DNA of 64,000 bases, taken from positions 1,752,221-1,816,220 of the forward strand of contig CBDEUP010000007.1 of assembly GCA_965243315.1 (NCBI GenBank), in the 5' to 3' direction. This DNA is from Alphaproteobacteria bacterium. Its GTDB lineage: Bacteria > Pseudomonadota > Alphaproteobacteria > UBA828. Shown in pieces: positions 45,331-53,086 of this stretch; within the stretch, counting starts at the first letter, position 1, and each line of letters opens with the position of its first letter. The notes beneath the pieces were generated by a model. That model saw only the letters and a program-made list of their open reading frames with translations, did no database searches and had not been told where the DNA came from. Made by a program: the position numbers and the translations under genes.

Positions 45331-45750
45331 GGCTGTACCTCTCTTGCCAGGTTCGCGCTGTGCTACCAGCGGGATACTTTACTCAATGGCGAATGAATCT
45401 TGCGTGTCAATACTCACGACAATAGCGCTCTTTTTGTAGACAGCGCGTTGGCTTCGTCGCCTGGCTGCCGAGGCTGCGGCGCGGGCCCAGGAATTGCGGT
45501 CCGGCTTCCAATCTGCGCAGCGGTAGTGCTGGCGGCCCAACGGCGGTGTAACGAGCTTGCCATAATATTTATGGAAAAGGCACCGTCACGATCAATGTAA
45601 ATACACACAATTTACTTCTATTGCCGTAAGAATCTAGCAATGAGTCTTGCGTTTCCAGGTGACCTCGGCCCTGGCCCGTCGGGTCAGCACTGTGACGTCA
45701 CGGTGGCAGGAGGCGGCCCTTCCTGGCTCCGGCGAAAGGGAGAAGACGGG

Positions 45751-46590
45751 ATGAGGATGGCACTCTCGATCGCGGTGCTGGCAGCTGCGGTCGCGCTCGC
45801 GTCCTGCACTCGGACGCTCGATCCTCCGACGCCCGAGGAACAGGCGCGGGAGAGCCACGGGGCGATCGTCGGCGCGGCGAACACGCTGCTGATGGGCGAC
45901 CGGCTGGCCTGGTTCGCGACGGAGGGCGACGTGGAGCGGGCGAACACGACCTGTCGGGACGACACCTGCGCGGTCGGATACCTGGCCTTGAGCAGGACGA
46001 CTCGGTTCGGCCTCGAGGGCTGGGAGCTGACGTTGCTTCGCGAGCGCCGCGGCGTGGGCCTGTTTCGACAGGAACTCGCGGCAACCCACCGCGACTATGA
46101 GGCCTATGGTGGTTGGCTCGAGCACAGCCTGTTCGCCACGCGGCTGACCCGGTTCGGCGAGGAGGCGGGCCCCAGCGCGGGGGCGTCGGTGGTGTTCGGC
46201 TATTCGCTCGGGCTCTCGAGCGGGGAGAACCCCGGCGCCGAAGGCTCGGCCCGCTGGGAAGGGCTGATGCTCGGCCGCGACGTCAGCGCCTCACGCAGCC
46301 GCGGCCAGGCGATCCGGGGCGACGCCGACGTGACGGTCGAGTTCGGAGCCGACGCGATCACGGCGGATGTCGCGTTCACCGGCATCGTCAACATCGAGAC
46401 GGGCGCTGCGCGGAACGACATGGCGTGGCGCGGCCTGGAGGTGGAGGACGGCGGCTTCGCCCGGCGGAGCGCTCCCGGCGACACCGTTTCGGGCCGGTTC
46501 TACGGCCCCGATGAGGAGGAGGTCGGCGGGGTCTTCGAACGCGACGGCATCGCCGGCGCCTTCGGCGGGCGGCGCACCTCCGCGCCGTGA
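45751..46590 (+). CDS. Surface lipoprotein with TbpB-like C-lobe beta-barrel domain
   Basis: Start MRMALSIAVLAAAVALASC has a lipobox, and RBS gggagaag lies upstream. C-terminus GRFYGPDEEEVGGVFERDGIAGAFGGRR matches the TbpB/fHbp beta-barrel C-terminal signature (G.FYG...E.GG.F....GAFGG). Confidence 0.65.
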   Translation: MRMALSIAVLAAAVALASCTRTLDPPTPEEQARESHGAIVGAANTLLMGDRLAWFATEGDVERANTTCRDDTCAVGYLALSRTTRFGLEGWELTLLRERRGVGLFRQELAATHRDYEAYGGWLEHSLFATRLTRFGEEAGPSAGASVVFGYSLGLSSGENPGAEGSARWEGLMLGRDVSASRSRGQAIRGDADVTVEFGADAITADVAFTGIVNIETGAARNDMAWRGLEVEDGGFARRSAPGDTVSGRFYGPDEEEVGGVFERDGIAGAFGGRRTSAP

Positions 46591-46646
46591 CCCGCTGCGT
46601 CCCGTTCTGATCGCCGCCGGCGCCGCAACATCCTAGGGAGGGTCCG

Positions 46647-47498
46647 ATGAGAGTAGGATTCCCGAGTGCGTTGGCGGCAGCAGCGCTGGCGCTGGCGGCC
46701 TGCACCGGCTCGCCCGAGCCGCCACCGCCGCCGACGGCGGACGAGTTGGCGCGGTCCGCCTATGCACGGATCGTGAGCGGCTCGAATACGTACCTGATGG
46801 GCGACCATCTCGGCTGGTTCGGAACCGACGACGCGGTCGAACGGGTGGGCGTCAGGTGCCTGGACGACACCTGCGTGTCCGCCGTCCAACGGGCATTCCG
46901 GTCGACCACCGCGTTGAGCGTCGAAGGCAACGAGCTGGATCTGCTCGGCGAACGCCGCGGCGTGAGCCTGGTCGTGGAGGAAGCATCGGGCGATTACGCG
47001 GACGCCCACGTCTATGGCGGTTGGCTCGATCACAGCCTGTTCGCCACGGAAACCGCCCTTCTCACGCACGAAATCTTCCCGGACCGGGGCGCGACGGTGG
47101 CGCTGAACTATTCGGTCGGCTTCTCGACGGGGGAGAATCCCCGCGCAGTCGACGGCTTGGCCCGCTGGGAGGGACTGATGCTCGGCCGCGACATGCGCGC
47201 GACGCCCGGCCGTGCCCAGGTCATCTGGGGCGACGCCGACGTGACGATCGAATTCGGGGCGGATGCCGTGACGGCCGACGTCGCGTTTACCGACATCGCC
47301 AATGTCGATACCGGCGAGGCGTGGGGCGACATGGCGTGGCGCGGCATGGCGGTGGAGAACGGCGGCTTCGCCCGCAGGAACGCCCCCGACGACACGATCT
47401 CGGGCCGGTTCTACGGCCCCAACGAGGAGGAAGTCGGCGGCATATTCGAGCGCGACGGCATGGCGGGTGCGTTCGGCGGAAAGCGCGCCTTCCCATAG
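46647..47498 (+). CDS. Paralogous TbpB-like beta-barrel surface lipoprotein
   Basis: MRVGFPSALAAAALALAAC has a lipobox. The protein is collinear with the upstream paralog and ends GRFYGPNEEEVGGIFERDGMAGAFGGKR. Confidence 0.65.
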   Translation: MRVGFPSALAAAALALAACTGSPEPPPPPTADELARSAYARIVSGSNTYLMGDHLGWFGTDDAVERVGVRCLDDTCVSAVQRAFRSTTALSVEGNELDLLGERRGVSLVVEEASGDYADAHVYGGWLDHSLFATETALLTHEIFPDRGATVALNYSVGFSTGENPRAVDGLARWEGLMLGRDMRATPGRAQVIWGDADVTIEFGADAVTADVAFTDIANVDTGEAWGDMAWRGMAVENGGFARRNAPDDTISGRFYGPNEEEVGGIFERDGMAGAFGGKRAFP

Positions 47499-47609
47499 CT
47501 GTCGTTCGACGAGCGGGTTGCGAGCCGACCGGCACGGTAAGTCGTCGAACCGCCTTGATGCCGAGGGTCAAGTTGGCCCGCCCAACGGCTATAGAGCGAG
47601 AGCAGGAGA

Positions 47610-48032
47610 ATGAGCGCGACCTTTACACTCAATATGGAAGCACCGCTGGACGAAATCGAGCGCATTCACACGGCGGTCGACATCCTGGCGGCGGCCGATG
47701 GCTGGGAGCCCGATTTCATGTTTCAGATCAGGCTCGCACTGGAGGAGGTCGGCACCAACATCGTGCAGTACGGATACGACGAAGCAGGGAAAAAGGACAT
47801 CCGCATTACGCTTACCTCCAAAGGCCAATCCCTCACGATGGAAATCGTCGACGACGGCAAGCCCTTCGATCCGTTCTCCGATGCACCGTCGCCCGATCTC
47901 GACTCCTCGGTCGCGGACCGCCCCATAGGTGGCCTCGGCATCCATCTCGTGCGGAGGCTAATGGACGAAGCGCACTATCGGCGCGAGGACGGCAGGAACA
48001 GGGTGGTCCTGATCAAGCGGAGGAAGCCTTGA
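47610..48032 (+). CDS. Anti-sigma regulatory factor / Ser-Thr kinase (RsbW-like, HATPase_c_2)
   Basis: 140 aa. LALEEVGTNIVQYGY...MEIVDDGKPFDP...GGLGIHLVRRLMDE match the N, G1 and G2 boxes of the RsbW/SpoIIAB family. RBS aggag lies upstream. Confidence 0.7.
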   Translation: MSATFTLNMEAPLDEIERIHTAVDILAAADGWEPDFMFQIRLALEEVGTNIVQYGYDEAGKKDIRITLTSKGQSLTMEIVDDGKPFDPFSDAPSPDLDSSVADRPIGGLGIHLVRRLMDEAHYRREDGRNRVVLIKRRKP

Positions 48033-48355
48033 CGCGCCCGTTGACATGCCGGGGCAGCCGTTCCCACGCCGCGGTCACCGTGCTGGCGACATTGTCCGAT
48101 CCCAGGGGCCCCACTCCGTAACAGCAGCCATGCGACGATAATGTCTCGTGTCCCGCTCGGAAGGCGGCGCGGTGCAGAAATTCGTGGTCGCTCTGAGGGG
48201 AGAAAACATCCAGCATAGGCTTGCGTTACTCGGCGATCCGGGTCATCCCACGAAGATCGGTTGCGACCGCTTTTGCGGCAATTCCGCGCCGCCGATCGTC
48301 CTTGGCAAGGTCGCTCCTGCCGGCTCATGTTCATCGTCGATACGAGGACAAGCAT

Positions 48356-49384
48356 ATGAAGCTCAACGCAATCGTCGGCATTTTTGCTGCCCTCTGTGTA
48401 TCAATCACCGTCCTCGCGACCGACGTTTACGCAAGCACGCTCGATCATGTTAGGGCGGCGGGCACACTCAGATGCGGCATCAATCCGGGCCTGCCGGGCT
48501 TTTCCCATACCGACGATACGGGCCGTTGGTCCGGCTTTGAGGCGGCCTATTGCCGTGCATTAGCGGCGGCCGTTCTGGGCGATCCGGACAAGATCTCCTT
48601 CGTCACCCTGACGGGGAAGACTCGGTTTCCGGCCTTGGCCTCCGGCGAAGTCGACATCCTGTCGCGTAACACGACCTGGACATTCTCACGCGATGTCGAC
48701 CTGGGATTCACCTTCGTTGGCATCAACTACTATGACGGCCAGGGCTTCCTCGGCCACCGGGAGCTCGGCGTGGAGAGCGCCACCGAGCTCGACGGCGCCT
48801 CGATCTGCATCCAGACCGGCACGACCACCGAACTCAACCTCGCTGACTTCTTCCGCGTCAACGGCATCACCTACGAGCCGGTGCCGCTCGAGACCAACGC
48901 CGAAGCCCGTGCGGCGTACAAGGCGGAACGCTGCGACGTCTACACGACAGACGTTTCGGGCTTGGCGGCGACGAAATCGACCTTCGCCGACCCGGACGCA
49001 CACATGATCTACCCGGAGATCATCTCCAAGGAGCCCTTGGGGCCGCTGGTGCGCCACGGCGACGACCACTGGGCGGACATCGGGCGCTGGGTGCTCAACG
49101 CGCTGATCACCGCCGAAGAGCTCGGCGTGACCCAGGCGAACGTCATGGAGATGGCGAAAGGAACGGATCACCCGGAAATCAACCGGATGCTGGGCACTGA
49201 GGGCTCGCTGGGCGAGATGCTGGGCCTCGATGCGCAGTGGGCGGCGCGCGCAATCGCGGCGGAAGGCAACTACGCCGAGATCTTCGAGAGATACCTCGGC
49301 GCTGGCAGCCCGCTCGGACTGCCGCGCGGCCTCAGCGCCCTCTACGGCGACGGCGGCGCCCTCTATTCGCCGCCGTTCCGCTGA
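48356..49384 (+). CDS. General L-amino-acid ABC substrate-binding protein (AapJ/BztA-like), orphan
   Basis: Start MKLNAIVGIFAALCVSITVLA with a signal peptide. About 342 aa with AapJ-family features. No permease or ATPase is adjacent. Confidence 0.75.
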   Translation: MKLNAIVGIFAALCVSITVLATDVYASTLDHVRAAGTLRCGINPGLPGFSHTDDTGRWSGFEAAYCRALAAAVLGDPDKISFVTLTGKTRFPALASGEVDILSRNTTWTFSRDVDLGFTFVGINYYDGQGFLGHRELGVESATELDGASICIQTGTTTELNLADFFRVNGITYEPVPLETNAEARAAYKAERCDVYTTDVSGLAATKSTFADPDAHMIYPEIISKEPLGPLVRHGDDHWADIGRWVLNALITAEELGVTQANVMEMAKGTDHPEINRMLGTEGSLGEMLGLDAQWAARAIAAEGNYAEIFERYLGAGSPLGLPRGLSALYGDGGALYSPPFR

Positions 49385-49449
49385 AGTGTCTGAGAGCAGA
49401 CTCCGTGCCGACAAACCGCCGTATGTGGATAGGCGTCCCGGCTCGGTTA

Positions 49450-49574
49450 CACCGCTACCGATGACTGGTGGCACGACCATAGGCGTCAAGCCGGGCCTCC
49501 CTTACAATGAAGATGTGCTGACGCTGGCGCTAGGAGACGCAATTTTCCTCTACACTGACGGTGCGACAACCTGA
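49450..49574 (+). pseudogene. C-terminal fragment of a PP2C/SpoIIE-type phosphatase (gene remnant)
   Basis: MTGGTTIGVKPGLPYNEDVLTLALGDAIFLYTDGATT is collinear with VTSGIALGVMPDMDFVEDALHVAPGESVVFYTDGVTEA of the intact REC-PP2C gene downstream. It is followed by TGATGA stop codons, and no N-terminal part exists. Confidence 0.55.
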
Positions 49575-49829
49575 TGAGTCTTGAAGGTCAACCCCACTCT
49601 GATCGCCGCTGCATTTGGCAGCGAGGTTGCCAAGTCGATGCCGCGGCGGCGGGTGGGACGTGGCGCCCCAGTGGGTGACTGACTGCTTTGGGTCCTTCTC
49701 AAAGTCTTTCATCGCGATCGGATCGCGGTGGAGTTGAAATCCGAGAAAGGGTAACAACCGCACAATTCTCACCGTTTGGGGGCGACCCATTGCTTCCGCC
49801 CGTCGTCAACATCTGAGTAGGACGGCACG

Positions 49830-50486
49830 ATGCTGACATTCGTTGAAGAGACTTGCCTCTTGCTTCTGGATGAGAAAGGCAGCGAGTTCCTGCCCATACA
49901 CCCCAACATAGTAGAATGCGCCCTGGCCGGGGCCGTGCTTGTGGATCTGGCGTTCGCCTATCGGATTGACACCGATCCTAAGACCCTGGCCGTCATGGAC
50001 CGTACGCCGATCGGCGAGGCCATGCTCGATCGTATCCTGGCCAAGATCGGCGAGCACACGGAAACTACCGATACCGCCACTTGGATAAAGACGTTGTCCG
50101 CCGACGAATCGGCAGCCATTCAACAACAGGCACTCGACCGACTCGTGGAGCGGGGCATTCTAGAGCGGCAGGATAAGAAATCTCTCTTGGGTTTCCGCAA
50201 ACGCCGCTATCTCACCCTCGACGGCGAGGCGGCACGCGAGATCAAGGACCGTATAAGGACGCTCATTCTCTCGGATGACATACCCGATCCTCGGGATATC
50301 GCGCTGCTTTCTTTGTTAGATTCCTGTGGAATTCTTCCCGAAATTTACCCCGACGTCGAGTTCAAGAGCGCCGGCGTGCGAATAAGACAGCTCCGCAACA
50401 TGGATCTTGTTGGCCGCGACGTGTTCAACGCCGTTACCGACATCGAACGCGCAATCGTCACAGCACGTGCACACGGAGCCCACTAA
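49830..50486 (+). CDS. GPP34/GOLPH3-family protein
   Basis: CLLLLDEKGSEF...ALAGAVLVDLA...LVERGIL...SLLGFRKRRY fit the bacterial GPP34 family profile. GC is lower, about 55%. Confidence 0.65.
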   Translation: MLTFVEETCLLLLDEKGSEFLPIHPNIVECALAGAVLVDLAFAYRIDTDPKTLAVMDRTPIGEAMLDRILAKIGEHTETTDTATWIKTLSADESAAIQQQALDRLVERGILERQDKKSLLGFRKRRYLTLDGEAAREIKDRIRTLILSDDIPDPRDIALLSLLDSCGILPEIYPDVEFKSAGVRIRQLRNMDLVGRDVFNAVTDIERAIVTARAHGAH

Positions 50487-50546
50487 GACGTATGAAGAAC
50501 GCGACATCACGAGCGTTTTCACGAATCGCAAAAAACGAGTTGAGCA

Positions 50547-51743
50547 ATGACAGAAGAGCCAAACGCTGAAACACTAGAATTGCGTTCGACTCCCTACAAG
50601 ATTCTCGTCGTAGACGACGAACCTGACTTGGAACGTCTCGTTCTGCAGCAGATGCGCCGGGAGATTCGTCGCCAGCAGTATGAGTTTGTCTTCGCGCACA
50701 ATGGTATCGAAGCTCTTGAACGGCTCAGCCAGGATCCGGGCATCGATTTGGTGGTCTCGGACATCAACATGCCCAAGATGGACGGTCTTGCACTCCTTGA
50801 AGAGATTTCTGAAGTCAATGCGGACGTGCGTTCCGTGATCGTGTCAGCGTACGGCGATATGAAGAACATTCGCACTGCGATGAACCGGGGCGCTTTCGAT
50901 TTCGTGACCAAGCCCATCGACTTCGCAGACCTGAAGGTCACGATCGAACGAACATTGCGCAATCTGATTTCGTGGAGAGAGGCGACAGAATCGCGCGAAA
51001 AGCTTCTAGCAATACAAAATGAACTCGATGTAGCCAGCAAAATGCAACAGTCGATCCTTCCGACCGTTTTCCCCGCAGATTCTCGGTATCAGGTGTTCGG
51101 TAGCATGTCACCCGCTCGGGAAGTAGGCGGGGATTTTTTCGACATTATGAAATTGGAAGAGGGACGTATTGGTATTGCGGTCGCGGATGTGTCCGGCAAG
51201 GGCGTTCCCGCCGCCCTCTTCATGATGTCTTGCCGCACTCTTCTCAAAGGTGCAGCCATCGGCACCGCTCACCCTGGCGCGGTGCTGAAGGAGGTCAACC
51301 AAGTTCTTCAGGAAGACAACGAAGCGATGATGTTCGTCACGCTGTTCTACGCAATTTTCGACCCGCAGAGCGGGGAAATGGTGTATGCAAACGGGGGTCA
51401 CAATCCGCCAGTTATTGTTAAAGCCGATGGAAGCTCCAGCGAGATTCCCGTGACGAGTGGGATTGCGCTCGGCGTGATGCCTGACATGGACTTTGTGGAA
51501 GACGCGCTACATGTCGCGCCGGGGGAATCAGTCGTATTCTACACCGATGGCGTCACGGAAGCCGAGAATGCTACGGCAGAGTTGTTCGATATGGAGCGGC
51601 TGCGGATGGTCTTTACCGGAGTGCCCCCGAAAGACGCGAAAGAAGCCAACAAGGCGGTTTTCGAGGCGGTGAGCGCGTTTGCAGGCGACACGCCGCAATC
51701 CGACGACATCACTTGCATAACGCTCTATCGCTGCGAGTCATGA
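50547..51743 (+). CDS. Response regulator with PP2C (SpoIIE/RsbU-like) phosphatase output domain
   Basis: N-terminal REC domain (ILVVDDEPD...VVSDINMPKMDG...VTKP). C-terminal PP2C domain (GGDFFD, VADVSGKGVPAALFMM, YANGGHNPP, FYTDGVTEA). GC is about 52%. Confidence 0.85.
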   Translation: MTEEPNAETLELRSTPYKILVVDDEPDLERLVLQQMRREIRRQQYEFVFAHNGIEALERLSQDPGIDLVVSDINMPKMDGLALLEEISEVNADVRSVIVSAYGDMKNIRTAMNRGAFDFVTKPIDFADLKVTIERTLRNLISWREATESREKLLAIQNELDVASKMQQSILPTVFPADSRYQVFGSMSPAREVGGDFFDIMKLEEGRIGIAVADVSGKGVPAALFMMSCRTLLKGAAIGTAHPGAVLKEVNQVLQEDNEAMMFVTLFYAIFDPQSGEMVYANGGHNPPVIVKADGSSSEIPVTSGIALGVMPDMDFVEDALHVAPGESVVFYTDGVTEAENATAELFDMERLRMVFTGVPPKDAKEANKAVFEAVSAFAGDTPQSDDITCITLYRCES

Positions 51744-51901
51744 GGGTAAATTTTGGGCTCTTTTCCCGCTTCGACGCGGGGGAGCGACGATCGGCGGAGC
51801 TTCGGCGCGTTCCCGTCTCGTGCATGCGAGATGGCCCCGTCGCGCCGGCAGAGCGAGCGCCAGAGCGTCCAACCAGCAACGATACAACAGGGAAGCGGGC
51901 G

Positions 51902-53086
51902 ATGCGGGCAAGTGGTTTGCGCGCGGCTCTCCTCATGGCTATCTGGCTCACGCTTCCGGGTGCTGCGGCGGCGCAGGCAGAAGAGCCAGGGGTGACCGAC
52001 CAGCAGATCCTCTTCGGACAATCGGCGGCTTTCAGCGGTCCCGCGCAGGACCTGGGTAAGAACCTGCGGCTCGGTATCCAGGCGGCGTTCGAGGAAGCGA
52101 ACCGGCGCGGCGGCGTGCACGGGCGCACGCTGGCGCTTCGGTCTCTCGACGACGCCTACGAGCCGGAAGCCGCGATCGCCAATACCCGCCGGCTGATCGC
52201 CGACGATGGCGTCTTCGCCCTGATCGGCGCAGTCGGTACGCCGACCTCCCGCTCAGCTACACCCATAGCGGCCCATGCGGGCGTTCCCTACCTCGCGCCC
52301 TTCACCGGCGCCGAGTTCCTGCGCGACCCCAAGTTGCGCAACGTGATCAATCTGCGTGCCTCCTACTACCAGGAGACCGAGGCAATGGTCTCCCGCCTGA
52401 TCGGAGATCTGGGAATTGACCGGGTCGGGGTGATCTATCAGGACGATTCCTTCGGGCAGGCCGGCTATCGAGGGGTACGCCGGGCGCTCGAGCGGCGCGG
52501 GCTGGCGCCCGTGGCGATCGGGGTCTACCCGCGCAACACGACAGCCGTGAAAACGGCATTGCTCGACGTGCGGCGCTCTGATCTCGGAGCCGTCATCCTG
52601 GTCGGAGCCTATGAGCCGGTCGCCGCGCTGATCGCCTGGGCGCGGCACACCGGCTTCGATCCCGTTTTCCTGACGATTTCCTTCGTCGGCAGCAACGCTC
52701 TGGCGAGAGAGCTGGGTGCCGCCGGCGCCGGCGTCTTCGTGACCCAGGTGGTGCCCTTCCCCGACGGAGACGAGCCGGCCGTTACTCTGGCCTATCGCCG
52801 CGCTCTGGCCGCCTATTCGCCCGAAGCCGTGCCGGGCTTCGTCTCGTTCGAAGGCTACCTGGCAGGCCGTCTGGCGATCGCGGCTCTCGAGCGCTGCGGC
52901 CGTGAGGTCGACCGGGCTTGCGTGCTCGATAATCTGCGCCGCGCCGGCGCCATCGATCTCGGAGGCTTCGAGCTTCGATACGGCGACGAAGACAATCAAG
53001 GTTCGGACGCCGTCTTCGTGACCGTGATCGGTGGGGACGGCCGCTACCATCCCATCGACACACTTCAGCGCGCCGTGCAGCCATGA
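51902..53086 (+). CDS. Periplasmic binding protein, LivJ/Peripla_BP_6 type, coupled to histidine kinase
   Basis: Start MRASGLRAALLMAIWLTLPGAAAAQ with a signal peptide. The fold resembles the branched-chain amino acid SBP type. The stop overlaps the histidine kinase start in an ATGA arrangement. Confidence 0.75.
   Translation: MRASGLRAALLMAIWLTLPGAAAAQAEEPGVTDQQILFGQSAAFSGPAQDLGKNLRLGIQAAFEEANRRGGVHGRTLALRSLDDAYEPEAAIANTRRLIADDGVFALIGAVGTPTSRSATPIAAHAGVPYLAPFTGAEFLRDPKLRNVINLRASYYQETEAMVSRLIGDLGIDRVGVIYQDDSFGQAGYRGVRRALERRGLAPVAIGVYPRNTTAVKTALLDVRRSDLGAVILVGAYEPVAALIAWARHTGFDPVFLTISFVGSNALARELGAAGAGVFVTQVVPFPDGDEPAVTLAYRRALAAYSPEAVPGFVSFEGYLAGRLAIAALERCGREVDRACVLDNLRRAGAIDLGGFELRYGDEDNQGSDAVFVTVIGGDGRYHPIDTLQRAVQP

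Noticed and set aside
48148-48453. 101-aa ORF between the RsbW-like gene and aapJ-like gene, considered as the missing STAS antagonist
   Set aside because: The sequence is Cys/Arg-rich and lacks STAS features. It overlaps the aapJ-like start region. It is probably not coding.
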